DNA of 64,000 nt from Macrostomum hystrix (GCA_950097015.1 CATNEN010000025.1:5518001-5582000), one strand, 5' to 3'; counted from the stretch's first letter, positions 15,001 to 28,765 are shown. A program made the numbers and translations. Notes: a model not told the origin generated them from the letters alone.

Positions 15001-18000
15001 CTCCCACAATCTCTCATTCTCCCACAATCTCTCATTCTCCCACAATGTATCCTTCTCCCACCATCTCTCATTCTCCCACAATCTCTCATTCTCCCACCAT
15101 CTCTCATTCTCCCACCATCTCTCATTCACCCACAATCTCTCATTCTCCCACAATCTCTCATTCTCCCACAATCTCTCATTCTCCCACCATCTCTCATTCT
15201 CCCACTATCTCTCATTCTCCCACCATCTCTCATTCTCCCACCATCTCTCATTCTCCCACCATCTCTCATTCTCCCACCATCTCTCATTCTCCCACCATCT
15301 CTCATTCTCCCAAAATCTCTCATTCTCTCACAATCTCTCATTCTCCCACAATCTCTCATTCTCCCACAATCTCTCATTCTCCCACCATCTCTCATTCTCC
15401 CACCATCTCTCATTCTCCCACCATCTCTCATTCTCTCACAATCTCTCATTCTCCCACAATCTCTCATTCTCCCACAATCTCTCATTCTCCCACAATCTCT
15501 CATTCTCCCACAATCTCTCATTCTCCCACAATGTATCCTTCTCCCACCATCTCTCATTCTCCCAAAATCTCTCATTCTCCCACCAACTCTCATTCTCCCA
15601 CAATCTCTCATTCTCCCACAATCTCTCATTCTCCCACAATCTCTCATTCTCCCACCATCTCTCATTCTCCCACAATCTCTCATTCTCCCACCAACTCTCA
15701 TTCTCCCACAATGTATCCTTCTCCCACAATCTCTCATTCTCCCACAATCTCTCATTCTCCCACAATCTCTCATTCTCCCACAATCTCTCATTCTCCCACA
15801 ATGTATCCTTCTCCCACCATCTCTCATTCTCCCAAAATCTCTCATTCTCCCACCAACTCTCATTCTCCCACAATCTCTCATTCTCCCACAATCTCTCATT
15901 CTCCCACAATCTCTCATTCTCCCACAATCTCTCATTCTCCCACAATCTCTCATTCTCCCACCATCTCTCATTCTCCCACAATCTCTCATTCTCCCACCAT
16001 CTCTCATTCTCCCACCATCTCTCATTCTCCCACAATCTCTCATTCTCCCACAATCTCTCATTCTCCCACAATCTCTCATTCTCCCACCATCTCTCATTCT
16101 CCCACCATCTCTCATTCTCCCACAATCTCTCATTCTCCCACAATCTCTCATTCTCCCACAATCTCTCATTCTCCCACAATCTCTCATTCTCCCACAATCT
16201 CTCATTCTCCCACAATCTCTCATTCTCCCACAATCTCTCATTCTCCCACAATCTCTCATTCTCCCAAAATCTCTCATTCTCCCACCAACTCTCATTCTCC
16301 CACAATCTCTCATTCTCCCACAATCTCTCATTCTCCCACAATCTCTCATTCTCCCACAATCTCTCATTCTCCCAAAATCTCTCATTCTCCCACCAACTCT
16401 CATTCTCCCACAATCTCTCATTCTCCCACAATCTCTCATTCTCCCACAATCTCTCATTCTCCCACAATCTCTCATTCTCCCACCATCTCTCATTCTCCCA
16501 CAATCTCTCATTCTCCCACCATCTCTCATTCTCCCACAATCTCTCATTCTCCCACCATCTCTCATTTTCCCACCAGCTCTCATTCTCCCACAATGTATCC
16601 TTCTCCCACAATCTCTCATTCTCCCACAATGTATCCTTCTCCCACAATCTCTCATTCTCCCACAATGTATCCTTCTCCCACAATCTCTCATTCTCCCACA
16701 ATCTCTCATTCTCCCACAATCTCTCATTCTCCCACAATCTCTCATTCTCCCACCATCTCTCATTCTCCCACAATCTCTCATTCTCCCACCATCTCTCATT
16801 TTCCCACCAGCTCTCATTCTCCCACAATGTATCCTTCTCCCACAATCTCTGATTCTCCCACAATGTATCCTTCTCCCACAATCTCTCATTCTCCCACAAT
16901 GTATCCTTCTCCCACAATCTCTCATTCTCCCACAATCTCTCATTCTCCCACAATCTCTCATTCTCCCACCATCTCTCATTGTCCCACCATCTCTCATTCT
17001 CCCACAATCTCTCATTCTCCCACCATCTCTCATTCTCCCACCATCTCTCATTCTCCCACCATCTCTCATTCTCCCACAATGTATCCTTCTCCCACCATCT
17101 CTCATTGTCCCACCATCTCTCATTCTCCCACAATCTCTCATTCTCCCACCATCTCTCATTCTCCCACCATCTCTCATTCTCCCACCATCTCTCATTCTCC
17201 CACCATCTCTCATTCTCCCACCATCTCTCATTCTCACACAATGTATCCTTCTCCCACAATCTCTCATTCTCCCACAATCTCTCATTCTCCCACCATCTCT
17301 CATTCTCCCACCATCTCTCATTCTCCCACCATCTCTCATTCTCCCACCATCTCTCATTCTCCCACCATCTCTCATTCTCCCACCATCTCTCATTCTCACA
17401 CAATGTATCCTTCTCCCACCATCTCTCATTCTCCCACAATCTCTCATTCTCCCACAATCTCTCATTCTCCCACAATCTCTCATTCTCCCACAATCTCTCA
17501 TTCTCCCACAATCTCTCATTCTCCCACCATCTCTCATTCTCCCACAATCTCTCATTCTCCCACCATCTCTCATTCTCCCACAATCTCTCATTCTCCCACA
17601 ATGTATCCTTCTCCCACCATCTCTCATTCTCCCACCATCTCTCATTTTCCCACAATCTCTCATTCTCCCACAATGTATCCTTCTCCCACAATCTCTCATT
17701 CTCCCACAATGTATCCTTCTCCCACCATCTCTCATTCTCCCACCATCTCTCATTTTCCCACCAGCTCTCATTCTCCCACAATGTATCCTTCTCCCACAAT
17801 CTCTCATTCTCCCACAATCTCTCATTCTCCCATAATCTCTCATTCTCCCACAATCTCTCATTCTCCCACAATCTCTCATTCTCCCACAATCTCTCATTCT
17901 CCCACAATCTCTCATTCTCCCACAATCTCTCATTCTCCCACCATCTCTCATTCTCCCACAATCTCTCATTCTCCCACAATCTCTCATTCTCCCACAATCT

Positions 18001-21000
18001 CTCATTCTCCCACAATCTCTCATTCTCCCACAATCTCTCATTCTCCCACAATCTCTCATTCTCCCACCATCTCTCATTCTCCCACAATCTCTCATTCTCC
18101 CACAATCTCTCATTCTCCCACAATCTCTCATTCTCCCACAATCTCTCATTCTCCCACAATCTCTCATTCTCCCACAATCTCTCATTCTCCCACAATCTCT
18201 CATTCTCCCACCATCTCTCATTCTCCCACAATGTATCCTTCTCCCACAATCTCTCATTCTCCCACCATCTCTCATTCTCTCACAATCTCTCATTCTCCCA
18301 CCAACTCTCATTCTCCCACAATCTCTCATTCTCCCACAATCTCTCATTCTCCCACAATCTCTCATTCTCCCACAATCTCTCATTCTCCCACCATCTCTCA
18401 TTCTCCCACAATCTCTCATTCTCCCACAATCTCTCATTCTCCCACAATCTCTCATTCTCCCACAATCTCTCATTCTCCCACAATCTCTCATTCTCCCACA
18501 ATCTCTCATTCTCCCACAATCTCTCATTCTCCCACAATCTCTCATTCTCCCACAATCTCTCATTCTCCCACAATCTCTCATTCTCCCACAATCTCTCATT
18601 CTCCCACAATCTCTCATTCTCCCACAATCTCTCATTCTCCCACAATCTCTCATTCTCCCACAATCTCTCATTCTCCCACCATCTCTCATTCTCCCACAAT
18701 GTATCCTTCTCCCACAATCTCTCATTCTCCCACCATCTCTCATTCTCTCACAATCTCTCATTCTCCCACCAACTCTCATTCTCCCACAATCTCTCATTCT
18801 CCCACAATCTCTCATTCTCCCACCATCTCTCATTCTCCCACAATGTATCCTTCTCCCACAATCTCTCATTCTCCCACCATCTCTCATTCTCCCACAATGT
18901 ATCCTTCTCCCACCATCTCTCATTCTCCCACAATCTCTCATTCTCCCACAATCTCTCATTCTCCCACAATCTCTCATTCTCCCACAATCTCTCATTCTCC
19001 CACCATCTCTCATTCTCCCACAATGTATCCTTCTCCCACAATCTCTCATTCTCCCACAATCTCTCATTCTCCCACAATCTCTCATTCTCCCACAATCTCT
19101 CATTCTCCCACAATCTCTCATTCTCCCACAATCTCTCATTCTCCCACAATCTCTCATTCTCCCACAATCTCTCATTCTCCCACAATCTCTCATTCTCCCA
19201 CCATCTCTCATTCTCCCACAATGTATCCTTCTCCCACCATCTCTCATTCTCCCACAATCTCTCATTCTCCCACCATCTCTCATTCTCCCACAATCTCTCA
19301 TTCTCCCACAATCTCTCATTCTCCCACCATCTCTCATTCTCCCACAATCTCTCATTCTCCCACAATCTCTCATTCTCCCACAATCTCTCATTCTCCCACA
19401 ATCTCTCATTCTCCCACCATCTCTCATTCTCCCACAATCTCTCATTCTCGCACCATCTCTCATTCTCCCAAAATCTCTCATTCTCCCACCATCTCTCATT
19501 CTCTCACAATCTCTCATTCTCCCACCATCTCTCATTCTCCCACAATCTCTCATTCTCCCACAATCTCTCATTCTCCCACAATCTCTCATTCTACCACAAT
19601 CTCTCATTCTCCCACCATCTCTCATTCTCCCACAATGTATCCTTCTCCCACAATCTCTCATTCTCCCACAATCTCTCATTCTCCCACAATCTCTCATTCT
19701 CCCACAATCTCTCATTCTCCCACAATCTCTCATTCTCCCACCATCTCTCATTCTCCCACAATCTCTCATTCTCCCACAATCTCTCATTCTCCCACAATGT
19801 ATCCTTCTCCCACCATCTCTCATTCTCCCACAATGTATCCTTCTCCCACAATCTCTCATTCTCCCACAATCTCTCATTCTCCCACAATCTCTCATTCTCC
19901 CACCATCTCTCATTCTCCCACAATGTATCCTTCTCCCACAATCTCTCATTCTCCCACCATCTCTCATTCTCTCACAATCTCTCATTCTCCCACCAACTCT
20001 CATTCTCCCACAATCTCTCATTCTCCCACAATCTCTCATTCTCCCACCATCTCTCATTCTCCCACAATGTATCCTTCTCCCACAATCTCTCATTCTCCCA
20101 CCATCTCTCATTCTCCCACAATGTATCCTTCTCCCACCATCTCTCATTCTCCCACAATCTCTCATTCTCCCACAATCTCTCATTCTCCCACAATCTCTCA
20201 TTCTCCCACAATCTCTCATTCTCCCACCATCTCTCATTCTCCCACAATGTATCCTTCTCCCACAATCTCTCATTCTCCCACAATCTCTCATTCTCCCACA
20301 ATCTCTCATTCTCCCACAATCTCTCATTCTCCCACAATCTCTCATTCTCCCACAATCTCTCATTCTCCCACAATCTCTCATTCTCCCACAATCTCTCATT
20401 CTCCCACAATCTCTCATTCTCCCACCATCTCTCATTCTCCCACAATGTATCCTTCTCCCACCATCTCTCATTCTCCCACAATCTCTCATTCTCCCACCAT
20501 CTCTCATTCTCCCACAATCTCTCATTCTCCCACAATCTCTCATTCTCCCACCATCTCTCATTCTCCCACAATCTCTCATTCTCCCACAATCTCTCATTCT
20601 CCCACAATCTCTCATTCTCCCACAATCTCTCATTCTCCCACCATCTCTCATTCTCCCACAATCTCTCATTCTCGCACCATCTCTCATTCTCCCAAAATCT
20701 CTCATTCTCCCACCATCTCTCATTCTCTCACAATCTCTCATTCTCCCACCATCTCTCATTCTCCCACAATCTCTCATTCTCCCACAATCTCTCATTCTCC
20801 CACAATCTCTCATTCTCCCACAATCTCTCATTCTCCCACCATCTCTCATTCTCCCACAATGTATCCTTCTCCCACAATCTCTCATTCTCCCACAATCTCT
20901 CATTCTCCCACAATCTCTCATTCTCCCACAATCTCTCATTCTCCCACAATCTCTCATTCTCCCACCATCTCTCATTCTCCCACAATCTCTCATTCTCCCA

Positions 21001-21180
21001 CAATCTCTCATTCTCCCACAATGTATCCTTCTCCCACCATCTCTCATTCTCCCACAATGTATCCTTCTCCAACAATCTCTCATTCTCCCACCATCTCTCA
21101 TTCTCCCACAATCTCTCATTCTCCCACAATCTCTCATTTTCCCACCATTTCTCATTCTCCCACAATCTCTCATTCTCATT
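9061..21180. repeat. 18-bp satellite (CTCCCACAATCTCTCATT)n, about 670 monomers, with internal block duplications
   Basis: 18-bp period throughout. Variant monomers CTCCCACCAT... and CTCCCACAATGTATCCTT. Rare variants recur at +2628 (10113/12741) and +1224 (19447/20671). Confidence 0.98.
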
Positions 21181-21610
21181 CTTCTTTGGCTATAATCATT
21201 AGCCGCAGATGTTTCCTTTAGTTACTGTAGGATTTCCTCGCCAAGCATCAAATGGAATTTTAACTACAAACGAAAACAGGATAAGGAATGGCGACTCCTG
21301 TGCTCTGCGTTTAAGCCAAGGCAGCAGCAGCTACGGGGGGCAGATAAGAGATCACAGCGATGTTTCAGCTTGTGTTGACGTCATTCAAAGTGGACAAGAA
21401 TTCTTGGTCGCTACGGTTACGCCTAATTATATTTATTTTTCTTTTATACCTCATAGTGAGGCAGTTGTTCCGGCTTTCCTAGCGATCCTAACTTGAACCG
21501 CGGTGGCAAAAAGGTAGCCTAAAATATCAGAAACTTCTGTCTTTCTTTCGTAAAGAAAACAAGGCTTCAAAATTATTTCTGCATTTCGCTAGAAATAGTA
21601 GCTAGACTGT

Positions 21611-22960
21611 CGGTGTTGGAACTTCGGAGCTATTGTTTCGGTGTTTTTATTTCGGAGCTATTGTTTCGGTGTTTTTATTTCGGAGCTAGAGTTTCGGTGT
21701 TTTTATTTCGGAGCTATTGTTTCGGTGTTTTTTTTCGGAGCTATTGTTTCGGTGTTTTTATTTCGGAGCTAGAGTTTCGGTGTTTTTATTTCGGAGCTAT
21801 TGTTTCGGTGTTTTTATTTCGGAGCTAGAGTTTCGGTGTTTTTATTTCGGAGCTATTGTTTCGGTGTTTTTATTTCGGAGCTAGAGTTTCGGTGTTTTTC
21901 TTTCGGAGCTATTGTTTCGGTGGTTTTATTTCGGAGCTATTATTTCGGTGTTTTTATTTCGGGGCTAGAGTTTCTGTGTTTTTATTTCGGAGCTATTGTT
22001 TCGGTGTTTTTTTTCGGAGCTAAAGTTTCGGTGTTTTTATTTCGGAGCTATTGTTTCGGTGTTTTTTTTCGGAGCTATTGTTTCGGTGGTTTTATTTCGG
22101 AGCTAGAGTTTCGGTGTTTTTATTTCGGGGCTAGAGTTTCTGTGTTTTTATTTCGGAGCTATTGTTTCGATGTTTTTATTTCGGAGCTATTATTTCGGTG
22201 TTTTTATTTCGGGGCTAGAGTTTCTGTGTTTTTATTTCGGAGCTATTGTTTCGGTGTTTTTTTCGGGGATAGAGTTTCGGTGTTATATTTTCGGAGCTAT
22301 TGTTTCGGTGTTGGAATTTTGGTGCTAGAGTTTCGGTGTTATATTTTCGGAGCTATTGTTTCGGTGTTTTTTTTCGGGGATAGAGTTTCGGTGTTATATT
22401 TTCGGAGCTAGAGTTTGGGTGTTTTTATTTCGGAGCTATTGTTTCGGTGTTTTTTTTCGGGGATAGAGTTTCGGTGTTATATTTTCGGAGCTATTGTTTC
22501 GGTGTTGGAATTTTGGTGCTAGAGTTTCGGTGTTATATTTTCGGAGCTATTGTTTCGGTGTTTTTTTTCGGGGATAGAGTTTCGGTGTTATATTTTCGGA
22601 GCTATTGTTTCGGTGTTGGAATTTTGGTGCTAGAGTTTCGGTGTTATATTTTCGGAGCTATTGTTTCGGTGTTTTTTTTCGGGGATAGAGTTTCGGTGTT
22701 ATATTTTCGGAGCTAGAGTTTGGGTGTTTTTATTTCGGAGCTATTGTTTCTGTGTTTTTATTTCGGAGCTGGAGTTTCGGTGTTGGAATTTTGGTGCTAG
22801 AGTTTCGGTGTTATATTTTCGGAGCTAGAGCTTCAGTGTTTTTATTTCGGTGCTTGAGTTTCGGTGTTGGAATTTCGGAGCTAGAGTTTTGGAGTTCCAA
22901 ATTTCAGAACTATATTTTTGGAGCTCGAATTTCGGAGCTAGAGTTCCGGAGTTCGGAAAA
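21611..22960. repeat. 28-bp minisatellite (TTTCGGAGCTATTGTTTCGGTGTTTTTA)n, a dimer of TTTCGG-headed 14-mers
   Basis: CGGAGC at 21625 and 21653; degenerates toward the 3' end. Confidence 0.95.
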
Positions 22961-23236
22961 CTTTCGAGCTTGGCTATTCAAAACGTTTTTACCCGACTTT
23001 TAGAAATCAGTGAATCATAAGAAAGAATTAATGAGAGCCACCTTTATCGACGGAAAAACAATACAATTTCATAGCCCATTCTGTTGCAGTCTAATCTTTA
23101 AGTAGCCAATTTGGTCTTGAAGGTGCGCAGAATAAGCTGCGGCAAAATGTTTTTTTTAATTCCGTGAGTTTTACACGGAGAAATTGTTGTTATTCTGCGC
23201 TGCTAAATGTGCAAGTTCGTGATATTTTTTTGTTAG

Positions 23237-23387
23237 GCGTGCCAAAGCTAAATTTGCGTATGGAAGGAAGTTTTTCCTAGAAATGACAGCTTTCGGCAAG
23301 GATCAGTACTACGTACAATTCGTAAATGTTTTACGAGTAATCTGTCCGAAAAGTATATTTCATCGTCGAAAAAGATGGTTAGCATGG
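23237..23387 (+). CDS. candidate isolated exon of an unidentified plus-strand gene (RAKAKFAYGRKFFLEMTAFGKDQYYVQFVNVLRVICPKSIFHRRKRWLAW)
   Basis: Polypyrimidine acceptor TTTTTTTGTTAG at 23225-23236, an open frame, and donor TGG|GTATGC, in a unique island between satellites. No homology recognised. Confidence 0.3.
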
Positions 23388-23605
23388 GTATGCCCTTTTC
23401 GCATTATTTTATTACTTCATACTACACTTTATTTAATTGCTTCCTTGCTTTGTACCAATTTTAAGCGTCCCTGTCCTTTCGTACTCTACGCTAGTATTAT
23501 TAACTTTTCTGTTAGTACTTAATTTGTCTTTTAATAGCCTCTTAATCTACATCCTAGTCTCTCCCTTTATTTTTTCATTTAACCTTCCTCTATACTTTCT
23601 TTCCT

Positions 23606-24290
23606 CTCTCCCACTCTCCACTCTCCCACTCTCTCACTCTCTCACTCTCTCATTCTCCCATTCTCTCACTCTCCTGATATCTCACTCTCTCACTCTCCCA
23701 CTCTCCCATTCTCCCACTCTCTCACTCTCCTGATATCTCACTCTCTCACTCTCCCACTCTCCCATTCTCCCACTCTCCCACTCTCCTGATATCTCACTCT
23801 CCCACTCTCCCACTCTCCCATTCTCCCACTCTCCCACTCTCCCACTCTCCCACTCTCCCACTCTCCTGATATCCCACTCTCCCACTCTCCCACTCTCCCA
23901 CTCTCCCACTCTCCCACTCTCCCACTCTCCATTCTCCCATTCTCCCATTCTCGCATTCTCCCATTCTCGCATTCTCGCATTCTCCTGTTCTCCCATTCTC
24001 CCACTCTCGCATTCTCCCACTCTCCATTCTCCCATTCTCCCATTCTCCCACTCTCCCACTCTCCATTCTCCCATTCTCCCACTCTCCCACTCTCCCACTC
24101 TCCATTCTCCCACTCTCCATTCTCCCATTCTCCCATTCTCCCACTCTCCCACTCTCCATTCTCCCATTCTCCCACTCTCCCACTCTCCCACTCTCCATTC
24201 TCCCACTCTCCATTCTCCCACTCTCCCATTCTCCTGTTCTCCCGATATCTCACTCTCCCACTCCCGCATTATATCACTCTCTCACTCTTC
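23606..24290. repeat. (CTCCCACT/CTCCCATT)n 8-bp pyrimidine-rich array
   Basis: Direct reading; gives GEWES/GRVG repeat ORFs on the minus strand. Confidence 0.95.
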
Positions 24291-25347
24291 AACACTTCCA
24301 TTCTCGAACTTTCCCACTATATTTAACAATAAATGAATTAAAATATTATTGCCTTTTATCTAGTTGCTAATTTTACTCATGTGAGCTCATTGTGACAAAT
24401 AGCCATCAAACGCCATTTGTTATGTCTTTATTTACAATCGCTATTAGGGAATTCTGCAATGGCAACACATAAGATTGAAGTAAATGATGTGCGCCCGATA
24501 AAACATTGTCAGGTTGTGTGGCTTATGCTAGAAGGTCAAAGGATTTCCATTAAATCATTGCCCGCATCGCTTCCTATAACGGATTTGTGAAGACATCTCG
24601 CGTTTCTGTCCCATCGTCTGAGCTGGCCTATAGTTAATCTCCTACAAAACAGGCAGAAGTGTCAGCGATTGCGTAATCACTGGCTAGAGCTCTGTCATGC
24701 ATTGCTCATTGCGCAAGTGAAATGTGGGAATTTGATCCCAAACACAAGCCGTCATCATATTGGAAAATGGTGCCCTATACAGGTAGGTGCCAGGGTCGAA
24801 ATGGACAGCCCAATTGGGAATAGAAGGGACTGCTGCCAGCGTTCGGTCAAACAGAAAAGAGGAACAAAATACACTGGAGCAGAAGTAGAAAATGAGGATT
24901 TTTGTAGCTTACTAAATTTATCCCTCTGTTTCAGTGCAGCTGCGATGTGTTAATTGTTGCAGAAAATTTAAATAGATTAGCACTCTATTTAGCAAGACTT
25001 CTGCTTCTTTGAATTTTGACTTTGAACTGGGAAATTTGTTCTACATTATAATTTATAGCTTTGCGCCTCCTAAGTAACAGTAAAATGTATGATTATCAAC
25101 GTGCGCTGTTTAGAGTTAGGCCTAACAAAATAATGACGGGCGTTCAAAAGGGGTGTCGCTGACGATTTGAGCTGTGGAAGGCCCCAATAGTTTCCTATTG
25201 GGAACAATTTAGTTTGCTAACAAAAAGCAGACATCTTCTTTGAAGAGCAATCGAAAACTGACCGCACAAGTACTAACAATTATTTCTAGCTGCTTCATAC
25301 GAATAAGAACTAATTACTCTAGTCTCGCTTCAGATTTATAACCCACC

Positions 25348-26170
25348 CTCTCACTCTCCCACTTTCCCACTCTCCCACTCTCCCACTCTCGCACTCTCCC
25401 ACTCTCCCACTCTCCCACTCTCCCACTCTCCATTCTCCCACTCTCCATTCTCCCATTCTCCCATTCTCGCATTCTCGCATTCTCCTGTTCTCCCATTCTC
25501 CCATTCTCCTGTTCTCCCATTCTCCCACTCTCGCATTCTCCCACTCTCCATTCTCCCACTCTCCATTCTCCCACTCTCTCACTCTCCCACTCTCCCACTC
25601 TCCCACTCTCCCATTATTCCACTCTCTCACTCTCCCATTCTCCCACTCTCCCACTCTCCCACTCTCCCACTCTCCCATTCTCCCACTCTCCCACTCTCCC
25701 ACTCTCCCATTCTCCCACTCTCCCACTCTCCCATTCTCCCATTCTCCCATTCTCCCTCTCTCCCATTCTCCCACTCTCGCACTCTCCCACTCTCCCACTC
25801 TCCCACTCTCGCACTCTCCCACTCTCCCATTCTCCCACTCTCCCATTCTCCCACTCTCGCACTCTCCCACTCTCCCACTCTCCCATTCTCCCACTCTCCC
25901 ACTCTCCCACTCTCCCACTCTCCCACTCTCCCACTCTCCCACTCTCCCACTCTCCCACTCTCCCACTCTCCCACTCTCCCACTCTCCCACTCTCCCATTC
26001 TCCCACTCTCCCACTCTCCCACTCTCCTACTCTCCCACTCTCCCACTCTCCCACTCTCCCACTCTCCCACTCTCCCACTCTCCCACTCTCCCATTCTCCC
26101 ATTCTCCCACTCTCCCACTCTCCCACTCTCCCACTCTCCCATTCTCCCATTCTCCCACTCTCGCACTCTC
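25348..26170. repeat. (CTCCCACT/CTCCCATT)n 8-bp array
   Basis: Same family as 23606-24290. Confidence 0.95.
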
Positions 26171-26647
26171 ATGACATTTAGCATTAGTCATGAGTTCTGC
26201 TGTGTGAGTACATTGGCCACCTCGGTGTGAGTTTGTGTGAAATATCCTTAATACTCATCCCGAGGCAATGCTCGTATTTTTTACAGGTAGAAAAAAAGCT
26301 ATTAGGGCAAGCAAAACTCCAGCCAGGGAATTATTCCCCAGTTTGGGAATAATTATCAGGCCTTATTGATTTGTGTGAGCGTTCAATTTCGTCCGGATTC
26401 CTAAACAGCCAGGCATTAGTCCCCTAGGTGATGTGACAGTTACCAGCGAAAATTATTCACAATTCACAGTATTTCTCCGGCAATTACTTGATCGGTTATC
26501 ATTTTGAAAGCAGGCGATAGAATGCACTTAAACAAATTCAATAAATAATTTTCGTTTATAGAAATTATCTAATAGATAACGATCTGTGATAGAATAAGCC
26601 GAAAATAAAGCTCAGAATCCACTATTTTTATCGGGAATCGCTAAGCC

Positions 26648-26730
26648 TCCCCAGTCCATGGACTGTACAGCCGTACGCAGCCTTCAGATGCGCCGCGCAA
26701 TAGCTGCGGCTGTGCTGTGGACTGCACACC
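26648..26730 (+). mobile_element. 3' fragment of SINE family A
   Basis: CCCCAGTCCATGGACTG...GCAATAGCTGCGGCTGTGCTGT matches the reverse complement of 8165-8232. Confidence 0.65.
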
Positions 26731-26799
26731 TGACCCGATATGATTGTTATTAGAGATTTAGGATTTATCATTTGATGACTTGGGATTTAAGATTAGAAC

Positions 26800-27608
26800 G
26801 TGGTGAGATTAGGGATTTTAAGATTTAAAAATTCTGGAAATTTTTAATTGGGGATTAGAAGACGATAAGGATTCGGGATTAAGAATTAGATGATGATGGC
26901 GTTTGGAATTTAGGATTAGAAGATAATGGAATTCGGGATTTAGGATTAGAAAGCGATGGAATAGGGGATTTAGGATTAGAAGATGATGTAGTACGGAATT
27001 TAGGATCGGAAGATGGAGAAATTCGAGATTTAGGATTAGAAAGCGATGGAACACGGGATTTAGGATTAAAAATAGATTAAATACGGGATTTAGGGCTAGA
27101 AGATGATGGAATACTAGAAGATTAGGGTTAGGAGATAGTGGAATTTGGGATTTAGGATTAGAGATCAATGAAATACGGGATTTAGGATTAAAAATCGATG
27201 AAATACGGGATTTAGGGCTAGAAGATGGTGTAATACGGGATTTAGAATCAGAAGATGGTAGAATTTGGGATTTAGGATTAGAAGGCGATGGAACACGGGA
27301 TTTAGGATTAAAAATCGATGAAATACGGGATTTAGGGCTAGAAGATGGTGTAATACGGGATTTAAGATTAGAAGATGGTGGAATTTGGGATTTAGGATTA
27401 GAAATCAATGAAATACGGGATTTAGGATTAGAAATCAATGAAATACGGGATTTAGGATTAGAAATCAATGAAATACGGGATTTAGGATTAGAAATCAATG
27501 AAATACGGGATTTAGGATTAGAAATCAATGAAATACGGGATTTAGGATTAGAAATCAATGAAATACGGGATTTAGGATTAGAAATCAATGGAATACGGGA
27601 TTTAGGAT
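26800..27608. repeat. 30-bp minisatellite (GGGATTTAGGATTAGAAATCAATGAAATAC)n
   Basis: Perfect 30-bp copies at about 27390-27600, increasingly divergent toward the 5' side. Confidence 0.93.
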
Positions 27609-28265
27609 AAGTATCTCTGAGGGATAATGTGTGAGGATGTTTTAGGTGAAGGTATAAATGTTGAACGTTTGCTAGAAACAGAGTTTTATCGACACAGATA
27701 GCAATGTAATTTAAATTAATGCAATGTGTGACATCAGACACGAGTTAGGGCTGAGAGATCAATACTGACAAATGATTTCATAGTTAATTAAATTTCGCGT
27801 CACGTGTCAGTATCTCTAGAGACAACAATTTATTTGATTTTCAAGCTTCATTTTTAGTTTCGAAATTTAGGCAACGGTGGAAGGTCGGAATAATAATAAA
27901 TGATTTAATTTGGCGTTTTCGATTCTTCGAGCCAGCTTTCATGAACAGAAACTCTCAAGGGAACCTTTTTATTCTGTAAATTCAGTTTTGCCTGACCTCT
28001 GTGTGTCTCTCTCTGACTCTCTCTGACTACATAGCTTTGCATTGAGTTGAGCACATATTGTACCAATTAAGGATAATAGCCAATCAGAAATAGATATTCC
28101 TTTATGTCTTTATTAATTTATACAACCGCTGAAACCAGTTGTTGCTATATAAAAAACTTACTGTTGATAAACCGTTTTTATGCGTTAATTTAGTCATTTG
28201 TTTAGAAGCTAAATGAGATAATCACAGGGTGAAAACTAGTGAATTACGAGTGAATTTTCGGCGGT

Positions 28266-28765
28266 TAACTAGAGATTGACGAGTTACTCGTAGGAGATTA
28301 ACTAGAGATTGACGAGTTACTCGTAGGAGATTAACTAGAGAATGACGAGTTACTCGTAGGAGATTAACTAGAGATTGACGAGTTACTCGTAGGAGATTAA
28401 CTACAGATTGACGAGCGACTCGTAGGATATTAACTAGAGATTGATGAGTTACTCGTAGGAGATTAACTAGAGATTGACGAGTTACTCGTAGGAGATTAAC
28501 TAGAGATTGACGAGTTACTCGTAGGAGATTAACTAGAGATTGACGAGTTACTCGTAGGAGATTAACTAGATAATGACGAGCGACTCGTAGGAGATTAACT
28601 AGAGATTGACAAGCGACTCGTAGGAGATTAACTAGAGATTGACGAGCGACTCGTAGGAGATTAACTAGAGATTGACGAGTTACTCGTAGGAGATTAACTA
28701 GAGATTGACGAGCGACTCGTAGGAGATTAACTAGAGAATGACGAGCGACTCGTAGGAGATTAACT
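28266..28765. repeat. 33-bp minisatellite with internal hairpin (GAGATTAACTAGAGATTGACGAGTTACTCGTAG)n, about 15 copies
   Basis: 33-bp period; ACGAG-TTA/CGA-CTCGT inverted repeat in each monomer; no spacers. Confidence 0.95.

Noticed and set aside
9014-21202. SFSHNL, WENERL and GRMRDC repeat ORFs
   Set aside because: These are alternative-frame and antisense translations of the 18-bp satellite, interrupted by sporadic stops and with no non-repetitive domains.
28266-28765. CRISPR-like palindromic 33-bp repeat
   Set aside because: Direct tandem copies without unique spacers, no cas genes, eukaryotic context.
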